Source of the DNA: Epithemia pelagica
Taxonomy: Eukaryota; Protista; Bacillariophyta
DNA: 64,000 bases
Reading direction: 5' to 3'
NCBI GenBank assembly: GCA_946965045.2
Contig: OX337238.1
Span: forward strand, 2,914,001-2,978,000
Under the pieces are notes generated by a model, which was not told the origin of the DNA, made no database searches, and saw only the letters and a program-made list of their open reading frames with translations. Shown one piece after another: positions 14,258 to 24,505 of this stretch (position 1 is its first letter; each line of letters opens with the position of its first letter). A program made the position numbers and the translations under genes.

Positions 14258-14413
14258 AAATATCAGGAGTAAGACGCAGTCATGAGATCATGAGAATGAG
14301 TACTGCGATTCGAAGTGCCTGCTGTTCTTCCTGAGAACAAGATGCGTTAACAAACATGCTAGGAGTGTACGTTGTGTAACACAAACGAACAACAGCAAAC
14401 ATATAATAAGAAC

Positions 14414-16907
14414 TCACCTCAAGTAATCACTTTCTGTAGTTGGTACGATCTTTTGTAACACAAGAAACGACCCATGCGGGCTGGTTATAGCACAAGCGAA
14501 CGAAAAAAGTCGGTCTGGTCTTGGAAAGAGCATGCTCCAAATGGTGCACAAATCATACGACAGGCACTGGCAAACTGTCACATAAAATTCATGCGACACT
14601 TGGTGTTTGATCCAGAGACGAATCGTGACATCACAATAGTCGTACCATGCCAAATCCTTCATGACAATGGGTGCTTCTGGAACATGACACCTTTCTTTGT
14701 CCTCGTCCTCGTTACGGATGCAACTTTCGGAGAGACTATGGTGCAAACAGCATTGTATGTGGTTGGTATTCTGACAGAGTTGATCGACACGACGTGTCTG
14801 TTCCATAATCTCCTGGTGAAACCACGATTCCAAAGAATGAGGCTCCGAAACGTCGTCCTGGAGGTACTCATTGGCGTGTATTCGTGAAACTGTCGATCCA
14901 GCACCGCTCTTCATGGTTGGAACGGGGGATTCCTTCCTTCCATTTGGACTTTGGTCCTCCACCACGACCTTTGAAACGTCTTGTTGTTCCAGATCCACGT
15001 CCCAGGACGTGGAGTGTGTCGTGTCTCCGGCATCGGACGACGACAAGACAAGGGACGGGGGAGACTCCCAGTCCATGCATTCTTCTTCATCTCGATCCGA
15101 ATCAAAGACAATACATTCTTCTTCATCACGATCCGAATCAAAGACAATGCACTCTTCCTCATCACCATTATCTTTTGCAGTGTGGTTGTTCCTGTTTGGG
15201 TGACAAGGGGACACTGCCAAAGAAGAATGCGGACTCCAGACATTGGTCATCCAGAATAAGGGCGTTCCCACAGGATTATTGTCCTCGTCATGAGAATCAG
15301 CAGCAGCATTCTTTCCACGACCAAAGGTGTGGTCGTCCCCCAACAGAGGAGCTGACTGATGTCGTAGCAGCCGGCGTGGCAGGACCAAGCCGGTAGTTTC
15401 CGAATCGTTGTCCTCCTTCTTGTGAATCTGGGCCAGAAAAGGCAAACACGGCACGGACGTTTGTGTACCATGCCTCGTACAAACGTCACCACTCGTGTCG
15501 CTACTGTCGCTACTGTCGCTGCTGTTGCAAGTCCAGCGAATGGATTGGGGGGCCGCCACCAAGGAGGAGGATGACGATGAGGAGGACAACGACGACAATG
15601 AGGATGAATTCGAATCCAATCGTTGATGGTTTCGACTGATGGACGACGACAAGACGGTTGTACTGGTAGCACTGTTCGGGACGATCGTGGGTGTCACGTA
15701 ATTGTCGTTGTTGTTCTTCTTGTTGTCGTTGTTGTTAGGAGGGTCGTCGTCTTGCAGTTGTGGCTGTTGAATGTCACATTCCCCATCGTGGCCACCTGTA
15801 TATGGATCATGGTCCAAATGTTGGTCGTTGTCGCCATCTCGAACCGAATCCATCACATCGGGTGGTGGTGGTGGTGGTGGTGATACTGCGTTGTTCTTGT
15901 TGTTGTTGTTCTTGTCGACTATGGGAGGATCTTGTGGTGGTGCCTCTTGTAGTTTGTCCTGAATGTTTGGTATTAAGAAAGGAGATGTAGAGGCATTGCG
16001 ATGGGTGGTGGTTTCCCCCAACTCTCTTCCTCTCATCATCATCACCGAGTGCAAAGCCTTGTCGTGTTCTTGTTTTGTCATTCGACACAACCGATCAATC
16101 TGGACTTGCTGCTGACGTACCGCCATGCTTCTTGTTGTTGGTGTTGCTGTTGGTGGTGGGAGTGAACCTCTTGGGTCGTCTTTGGGCACGGGTTGTTGGA
16201 GTGTCGGTGGGAGCATCTCCTCCTCCTCTTTCCTCATGGACGATTGCCAAGGATGAAGATCCAGGAGGAGGAACACATGGATCCAGGCAGGGTGGTTGGC
16301 AGTCCTCCTGCTGCTGATGGAGTACGAACGAGTTGTTGCTGTCGGTAGATTCCGTTCCAGAACAAGTAGTGTCTACATGCCACAAAGAACAAGAGGAAGA
16401 AGAACCACAAGAAGAATCCTCCTCAGTGTTTGCGTGTGGATCTTTTGGCTGCTCTTGTTGTGGTTTGGGGGGTGATTGCTGTTGTTGTTGTTGTTGTTGG
16501 GGATTGGAAGAAAAAGAGCAGAACCAACACCCATGACAACCACCAGCGTTGTCAACAAGAGGATCGTATTGAAGAAAGGGTTGTCGGCATCGTCGTCGTC
16601 GTCGTTTCGAGAGTTTGTTGTTGGGAGTGCTGCTGTGGCTGCTCCTCCTCCAAATCAATTGGACACGTCGTCGACGAGGACGACGCATGGCAGATGATTG
16701 GTAACGACCACCACTACAACAACTCCGACAACACTGATCCTCATCCGGTGGTTGCCATTGGTTGTTACGTGATGATGTTTGTTGTTGTTGTTGTTGGAGC
16801 AAGACGACACTTTGGGTCCAGGCCTGCCACAAGTTGTAAAAGGCGACATTGTCATCCTGATTGGGCTCCACCACTGCCACGGCAGAACCCTGCGAGGAGG
16901 ATGTCAT
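14414..16907 (-). pseudogene. X-family subtype B copy, one frameshift near 16150
   Basis: ORFs 16095..16997 and 14414..16276 together match the intact 35375..37882 ORF. There is an 11-nt deletion in the (ggt)n tract relative to about 37110-37130. Confidence 0.75.
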
Positions 16908-18300
16908 GGTAGATTCAACACACACACCAACAGAGAAATGAGGATGCGCGTGTTGGAAGTTGGAAGCCTTTGTACAGTCGGAATGACAGTCATACACTCC
17001 CTCTTATACAGTTTCTCGTCTATGGATCGGTCCATCCGGTTGGCATCCGAGTCCCGAGTCACAGAAGTACTTTCGCGACGATACTCGCACCTCTCTATCG
17101 TCTCAGACGCCCGCGACTCCATACACCCAAAAAAGAATCCCCATCGCGCGCGCATCTCATCGAGATCCTGGTTGGCAGAATCACCATGACGACCTATACA
17201 ACGACAAGGACAAAACGACGGCCAACACACATTCGCACGGTTCTGTCAAGAATGATGATGATGATGATGATCGAGTGACGGTGTCATTCTTCCAGACACA
17301 CTCACTCGGTGCATCCTTCACAGTGTACTAGAACGAGCGATGATGAGGCTATAATGATTGATATCGAGACCAAACAACAGAAAGAAGAAGACTCTTGATT
17401 GAAGCGGTTAATGCTTAATTGTGATGGCCTTCATCATCATCATCACACCGAAAGAGAACAAAAAAGTCTCTCACTTTTTCTCCGACAACACAGCGTGGGC
17501 CTATAGAGTGCAATCCAATGTGGAAGAAGAAGAACACAACAGAGGACCCAGCAATCGGCCTGAGAAAGATCATTGGTGAAAACGTACGAGATGCTTTGTT
17601 GTGATGGTCTTCAAGATTGGAGAAAGAGTCCTGGTCCCTTTCTTATGGGTATTTGCCCTGTGGTATTTGCGCCGGTTGCATTTATTATTGTTCTTGTCGC
17701 TTCCCTACGTACGGTGGGTGATTTTCCTATCGTGGGTGCCAATTTCAAGTGATCTCGATAGAATGGCTTCTAGCATTTGTTGCATCTTCTTCGCGTTTGC
17801 CGGTTTGGGACAATCATGTTTGATCGATGATTGGATTGGAACCTATGAATTTGGTCCGCTTCGTTTTGCATGGACGATGAACTAGCGCTTGACTGCGATC
17901 CTGATGTATTGTGCAAAACAGCCAGAAGGAATTTGAAAAGGGCCTCAAGACTGCAACGGACAAGTACTGCCATATACAGTGGCAAAGGGGTTCCAAGAAA
18001 GTGGAATCTCTGGATTTGTGCGGGGGTGGCTTTGTGGTGGATGGTTTTAGACCCGTTTATCTGTCCAAGATCATCCATCAAAGGAGGATGGTTTTGAACC
18101 CGTTCATCTGTCCAATGCCATCCCTCCGATGAAGGATACCATGATTGAAATCGCCATCGTTGAGGTGCGTCCGTCGCAGCTGCCGTCTTTCGTTCCGGTT
18201 TTGGTGTAAAAGGTCCAGATCTCGTTCGGAGTTCATTTTCGTATTTTTTGAGGAGCAAGAAGGTCCATTCCTTGCTGTTGTCATGAAATCTCAAAGTATC

Positions 18301-19470
18301 ATGACGCCAACACTGAAACAGCAAGCAAAACAATCCGGGCTTTGCTTTCTGGACATCGACAATTATAGTGAGGCGCCGCAATGGAATACCAATGACTGGC
18401 CTCCCGTTTTAGGTGGTGGGCGTTGGTCGCATGCATCGGTTGTGCTCAACCATCCCGAACAGGATAACAATGCACACACGGTTGTTGTTTTGGGAGGGCA
18501 CAAACAAGATCAAGGCTGCAACAACTCAGTGTTGTTGTTGAGTTTGTCAGATGAAAACACGCGATGGCAGGAAGGACCGCCGTTGAACAACAAACGAGCC
18601 GATCATTCTGCGGTGGTTTGTCGCGGAGGAGTTTACGTGATCGGAGGACACAATGGAAGTTCACTCTTTTATAGTATCGAACGGATTGATGTTCAAAAGT
18701 TGTGTTCAAGGGCAGCGGTACGCACCACGAGCAACCAATGGACAACCTTGAATTGTCGATTGTCCACGGCAAGAGATGGATGTTCCGCTGTTGCCGTGCA
18801 CAATCGCTATATTGTTGTGATTGGTGGATACAACGGAAACTATTTGTCGACGGTTGATATAATCGATACAGTTGTGCCAAGCAACCACACTGTGATTGTG
18901 GGACCACCCATGGCAGTTCCTCGGTGTTGTTGTGCTAGTGCTGTCATTGGTCATCGCATTTTTGCTGTTGGAGGCCACAATGCAACAGATATCAAGCCGG
19001 TTGAGTATTTGGAAATGGTTGATCCTTCCGGCAATGAGACAATGAACACAGCAAGTGCAGTGTTTCCATCCTCGTGCCGTTGGACAGTTCATGGCAAACT
19101 CAATCTTTCCATGCGACGGAATCATCATGCAGTTGTAGCTGTTGGATCATGTCTGATTGTGATGGGAGGTTCCTTAGCAGCGGACACTGTTGAAGTGTTG
19201 GATACTCGCCGCAACACTGTATGGACCTTTCCCCAATTATCAGGGCCGCGTTGTATCTCCAGGAGTGCTGTGGTTCACTCGAGGGGAATTGCTGTGATTA
19301 GTGGACATGACAATACTTCTTGTGCGACACTGTCATTGGTTGACAAGAATACGTGGTGTTTTCGTCGACTAACGGAGCAGGTGCCAAGTATAATCTTTGG
19401 GACAAGAACAAACTCACTTCGATCTGCTCCCGAACCTGCCACAGTATTGAAGTTCTCCTTAGCGTTCTAA
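18301..19470 (+). CDS. Kelch-repeat protein K5 (MTPTLKQQ subtype), C-terminal tail truncated
   Basis: ORF 18145..19470 with six blades. A 2-nt loss after the propeller ends the protein at VLKFSLAF, before the KKK motif. Confidence 0.85.
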   Translation: MTPTLKQQAKQSGLCFLDIDNYSEAPQWNTNDWPPVLGGGRWSHASVVLNHPEQDNNAHTVVVLGGHKQDQGCNNSVLLLSLSDENTRWQEGPPLNNKRADHSAVVCRGGVYVIGGHNGSSLFYSIERIDVQKLCSRAAVRTTSNQWTTLNCRLSTARDGCSAVAVHNRYIVVIGGYNGNYLSTVDIIDTVVPSNHTVIVGPPMAVPRCCCASAVIGHRIFAVGGHNATDIKPVEYLEMVDPSGNETMNTASAVFPSSCRWTVHGKLNLSMRRNHHAVVAVGSCLIVMGGSLAADTVEVLDTRRNTVWTFPQLSGPRCISRSAVVHSRGIAVISGHDNTSCATLSLVDKNTWCFRRLTEQVPSIIFGTRTNSLRSAPEPATVLKFSLAF

Positions 19471-20084
19471 GAAGAAGTTATCAACTGGCAAAACAGAGAC
19501 TTAGAAGTGTTAATTGAGAAATATAAATACGGGGAGTAAAACTCAATCATTTACAAACAGTCGATCCTCCAGACGAATCCTTCACAGTTCAGCACTCTCC
19601 AACCGGGACGAATGATTTTTGCAAGAGGAATGATTCCTTTTTTGGGAGGATGATACCAGCCTTGGAACTCTCATCCTGTCGTCGTATTTTACCCTGATAG
19701 ATCCCCAGAACAACCGCAACAACCACCAGGATGACACTGCTGCTGCCAAGCGGCGAATGAGAAGCCTTTCATGCTTTATTGTGCGACAACCATCTATGAT
19801 CAGCTTCCCTCGAAATGGGATTGTCAGCGTTCGGGGAATCTCTGGTTTTGAGCCGGGGTCGATTTTTTGTTTTTCGTGGATGGTTTTGGACCCGATCATC
19901 TGTGCAATTCATCCATCTTATGAATGATTGAAATCGCTGCCGTAGAGGTTCGTCCGTTGTTGCTGCCGCCTTTCGTCCCGGTTTTGGTGTGAAAGGTCCA
20001 TAAGTCCATTTTCATAATTTATTGAGGAGAAAGCACACAAAAAGACGAAGCTCTGAGGTCAATTCCTTTGTGTTGGCAAGCACC

Positions 20085-21329
20085 ATGACGATGACACTGC
20101 AACAGCAAGCAAAACAATCTGGGCTTGCCTTTCTGGACAGTGACAATAACAGTCTTGCGCCTAATTGGAATACCAATGACTGGCCTCCCCTTTTGGGTGG
20201 GTGGCGTAGGCACCATGATTCAGTCGTGCTCGACCATCCCGAAAAAGACATTGCACAGACGGTTGTTGTTTTGGGAGGATACAAACAAGGTCAAGGCTAC
20301 ACCAACTCAGTGTTGTTGTTGAGTTTGTCAGATGAAAAAAAGCAATGGCGGGAAGGACCGCCGTTAAACAACAACCGAGCCTATCATGCCGCGGTGATTT
20401 GTAGCGGAGGAGTTTACGTGATCGGAGGATACAACGGAATTTCACGATTAGATAGTATCGAACGGATTGATGTTGCGAATTTCTGTTCAGAATCAATGGA
20501 AAGCTCTACCAACAACCAATGGACGACCCTGACTTGTCGATTGTCGACGGCAAGAGATGAATGTTCGGCTGTTGCCGTGCAAAATCGCTATATTGTTGTG
20601 ATTGGTGGATCCAACGGAAACTTATTGTCGTCGGTTGATATAATCGATACAGCTATCGCAAGCAACCACACTGTGATTGTGGGACCATCCATGTCACTGC
20701 CTCGGTCCGGTTGTGCAAGTGCTGTCATTGGTCATCGAATTTTTGTTGTTGGAGGCTACAACAGGCACAATGGAGAAGATATCAAATCAGTGGAGTATTT
20801 GGAGATTCATGATCCTTCAGGCAATGAGACACTGAACACAGCAAGTGCAGTGTTTCCATCCTCATGCCGTTGGACACTTCATGGCAAACTCAATCTTTCC
20901 ATCCGACGGCGTGATCATGCAGTTGTAGCTGTTGGATCATGTCTGATTGTTGCGGGAGGTTTCTCCACCCTGGACACTGTTGAAGTCTTGGATACTCAAC
21001 GAAACACTGTCTGGAACGGCCCCCAATTAACCAATCCCCTACGTTTTGGTTGTAGTGCTATGGTTCACTCGAAGGGAATCGCTTTGATTGGTGGAAGGCA
21101 TAATGCTTCTTGTGCGACACTCTCCTTGGTTGACAAGAATACGCGGTGTTTTCATCGACTCATTGAGCATGTGCCATTTGTAATCTTGTCCCCATCTGCT
21201 CCGAAACGCACTACATCATGGAAGGAGAGTTTGATGAGTGCTCTACGAAGAAGCTATCAGCTGGGAAACCAGAGACGAAGACAGTGTCAATTGAGACGTA
21301 AAAATATCAGGAGTAAGACGCAGTCATGA
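20085..21329 (+). CDS. Kelch-repeat protein K6 (K4-like), frameshifted tail
   Basis: ORF 20022..21329 with an intact propeller. A 2-nt insertion (gaaggagagttt) changes the tail. Confidence 0.85.
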   Translation: MTMTLQQQAKQSGLAFLDSDNNSLAPNWNTNDWPPLLGGWRRHHDSVVLDHPEKDIAQTVVVLGGYKQGQGYTNSVLLLSLSDEKKQWREGPPLNNNRAYHAAVICSGGVYVIGGYNGISRLDSIERIDVANFCSESMESSTNNQWTTLTCRLSTARDECSAVAVQNRYIVVIGGSNGNLLSSVDIIDTAIASNHTVIVGPSMSLPRSGCASAVIGHRIFVVGGYNRHNGEDIKSVEYLEIHDPSGNETLNTASAVFPSSCRWTLHGKLNLSIRRRDHAVVAVGSCLIVAGGFSTLDTVEVLDTQRNTVWNGPQLTNPLRFGCSAMVHSKGIALIGGRHNASCATLSLVDKNTRCFHRLIEHVPFVILSPSAPKRTTSWKESLMSALRRSYQLGNQRRRQCQLRRKNIRSKTQS

Positions 21330-21457
21330 GATCATGAGAATGAGTACTGCGATTCGAAGTGCCTGCTGTTCTTCCTGAGAACAAGATGCGTTAACAAACA
21401 TGCTAGGAGTGTACGTTGTGTAACACAAACGAACAACAGCAAACATATAATAAGAAC

Positions 21458-23842
21458 TCACCTCAAGTAATCACTTTCTGTAGTTGGTACGATCTTTTGT
21501 AACACAAGAAACGACCCATGCGGGCTGGTTATAGCACAAGCGAACGAAAAAAGTCGGTCTGGTCTTGGAAAGAGCATGCTCCAAATGGTGCACAAATCAT
21601 ACGACAGGCACTGGCAAACTGTCACATAAAATTCATGCGACACTTGGTGTTTGATCCAGAGACGAATCGTGACATCACAATAGTCGTACCATGCCAAATC
21701 CTTCATGACAATGGGTGCTTCTGGAACATGACACCTTTCTTTGTCCTCGTCCTCGTTACGGATGCAACTTTCGGAGAGACTATGGTGCAAACAGCATTGT
21801 ATGTGGTTGGTATTCTGACAGAGTTGATCGACACGACGTGTCTGTTCCATAATCTCCTGGTGAAACCACGATTCCAAAGAATGAGGCTCCGAAACGTCGT
21901 CCTGGAGGTACTCATTGGCGTGTATTCGTGAAACTGTCGATCCAGCACCGCTCTTCATGGTTGGAACGGGGGATTCCTTCCTTCCATTTGGACTTTGGTC
22001 CTCCACCACGACCTTTGAAACGTCTTGTTGTTCCAGATCCACGTCCCAGGACGTGGAGTGCGTCGTGTCTCCGGCATCGGACGACGACAAGACAAGGGAC
22101 GGGGGAGACTCCCAGTCCATGCATTCTTCTTCATCTCGATCCGAATCAAAGACAATACATTCTTCTTCATCACGATCCGAATCAAAGACCATGCACTCTT
22201 CCTCCTCGTCATTATCTTTTGCAGTGTAGTTATTGTTCCTGTTTGGGTGACATGGGGACACTGCCAAAGAAGAATGCGGATTCCAGACATTGGTCATCCA
22301 AAATAAGGGCGTTCCCACAGGATCATTGTCCTCATCATGAGGATCAGCAGCAGCATTCTTTCCACGACCAAAGATGTGGTTGTCCCCCAACAGAGGAGTT
22401 GACTGAGGTCGTAGCAGCCGGCGTGGCAGGAGCGAGCCGGTAGTATTCGAATCGTTGTTCTCCTTCTTGTGAATCTGGGCCAGAAAAGACGAATACGGCA
22501 CGGACGCTTGTGTAACATGCCTCGTACAATCGTCACCACTCGTGTCGCTACTGTCGCTGCTGTTGCAAGTCCAGCAAATGGATTCGGGGGCCGCCACCAA
22601 GGAGGAGGATGACCATGAGGAGGACAACGACGACAATGAGGAGGAATTCGAATCCAATCGTTGATGGTTTCGAGTGATGGACGACGACAACACGGTTGTA
22701 CTGTTGTCGTTGATGTTGTTGTTTTGAGCGTCGTCGTCTTGCAGTTGTGGCTGTACAAAGTTAGATTCCCCATCGTGACCACCTGTATATGGCGCATGGT
22801 CCAAATGTTGGTCGTCGTTGCCATCTCGAACCGAATTCACCTCGGTTGGTGGTGGTGATAGTGCGTTGTTGTAGTTCTTGTTCTTGTCGACTTTGGGAGG
22901 ATCGTGTGGTGGTGTCTCTTGTAGTTTGTCCTGAATGTTTGGTATTAAGAAAGGAGATGCAGAGGCATTTCAATGGGTGGTGGTTTCCCCCAACTCTCCT
23001 CCTCTCATCATCATCATCATCATCATCCAGTGCAAGGCCTTGTCTTGTTCTTGTTTTGTCATTCGACACGACCGATCAATCTGGACTTGCTGCTGACGTA
23101 CCGTCATGCTTGTTGTTGTTGTTGTTGGAGTGTCGGTGGGAGCATCTCCTCCTCCTCTTTCCTCATGGACGATTGCCAAGGATGAAGATCCAGGAGGAGG
23201 AACACATGGATCCAGGCAGGGTGGTTGGCAGTCCTCCTGCTGCTGATGGAGTACGAACGAGTTGTTGCTGTCGGTAGATTCCGTTCCAGAACAAGTGGTG
23301 TCTACTTGCCACAAAGAACAAGAGGAGGAAGAACCACAAGAATCCTCCTCCTCAGTGTTTGCGTGTGGATCTTTTGGCTGCTCTTGTTGTGGTTTGGGGG
23401 GTGATTGCTGTTGTTGTTGTTGTTGTTGTTGTTGGGGATTGGAAGAAAAGGAGCAGAACCAACACCCATGACAACCACCAGCGTTGTCAACTGGAGGATC
23501 GTATTGAAGAAAGGGTTGTCGGCATCGTCGTCGTCGTCGTTTCGAGAGTTTGTTGTTGGGAGTGCTGCTGTGGCTGCTCCTCCTCCAAATCAATTGGACA
23601 CGTCGTCGACGAGGACGACGCATGGCAGATGATTGGTAACGACCACCACGACAACAACTCCGACAACACTGATCCTCATCCGGTGGTTGCCATTGGTTGT
23701 TTCGTGATAATGTTTGTTGTTGTTGTTGTTGGAGCAAGACGACACTTTGGGTCCAGGCCTGCCACAAGTTGTAAAAGGCGACATTGTCATCCTGATTGGG
23801 CTCCACCACTGCCACGGCAGAACCCTGCGAGGAGGATGTCAT
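21458..23842 (-). pseudogene. X-family subtype B copy with single in-frame TGA
   Basis: ORFs 22970..23932 and 21458..22840 are in the same frame and separated by TGA at 22970-22972, where the intact copy has CGC (TTH-R-NAS). Confidence 0.75.
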
Positions 23843-24186
23843 GGTAGATTCAACACACACACCAACAGAGAAATGAGGATGCGCGTGTTGGAAGTTGGAA
23901 GCCTTTGTACAGTCGGAATGACAGTCATACACTCCCTCTTATACAGTTTCTCGTCTATGGATCGGTCCATCCGGTTGGCATCCGAGTCCCGAGTCACAGA
24001 AGTACTTTCGCGACGATACTCGCACCTCTCTATCGTCTCAGACGCCCGCGACTCCATACACCCAAAAAAGAATCCCCATCGCGCGCGCATCTCATCGAGA
24101 TCCTGATTGGCAGAATCACAATGACGACCTATACAACGACAAGGACAAAACGACGGCCAACACACATTCGCACGGTTCTGTCAAGA

Positions 24187-24230
<44 letters not shown>
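24187..24230. repeat. (ATG)n microsatellite, about 14 units
   Basis: Direct reading. Homologous positions in other units carry only about 4-6 units. Confidence 0.9.
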
Positions 24231-24281
24231 CGAGTGACGGTGTCCATCCTTCAGACACACTCACTCGGTGCATCCTTCACA

Positions 24282-24342
24282 AAAAAAATTTGAATCTATT
24301 TTAACGCTGCCGCGCGGACCCACTCTAACGCCTGGGGTGCCG
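24282..24342 (-). mobile_element. 5'-truncated 61-bp stub of a LINE related to the adjacent element
   Basis: Flanked by TCGGTGCATCCTTCACA at 24265-24281 and 24343-24359. It shares an A8 run and TCTATTTTAACGCTGCCGCGCG.ACCC with the 3' end of the full element but differs elsewhere. Confidence 0.75.
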
Positions 24343-24505
24343 TCGGTGCATCCTTCACAAAAAAAAGGGTACAGTCTATTTTAACGCTGCCGCGCGCACC
24401 CGCTAGGGTGACGTCGACCGACGCGCCCGGCTCCACACAAAATGAGGAGCGAGGACTAAACGTGACGGGACAAGTTGTGAGGACGGGACAGAGAGTAGAA
24501 ATCGG

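Noticed and set aside
17320-17326. CACAGTG, identical to the V(D)J RSS heptamer or a Transib end, at the insertion hotspot
   Set aside because: No ACAAAAACC-like nonamer at 12 or 23 bp and no matching inverted partner, so a 7-mer match is uninformative.
17331-17570. Possible box C/D snoRNA (ATGATGA ... CTGA)
   Set aside because: No consistently spaced box D or terminal stem across unit types, and no recognisable rRNA antisense element. Kept only as a conserved motif.
18145-18300. N-terminal extensions of Kelch ORFs given by the track (TTG/GTG or upstream starts)
   Set aside because: The extensions are not conserved in frame between subtypes. The MTxT...QQ ATG is the common homologous start.
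22970-22972. Alternative genetic code or selenocysteine explanation for in-frame stops
   Set aside because: Lesions include TAA, TGA and indels at different sites, normal ORFs end in TAA/TGA/TAG, and no SECIS was recognised. Ordinary pseudogenisation is simpler.
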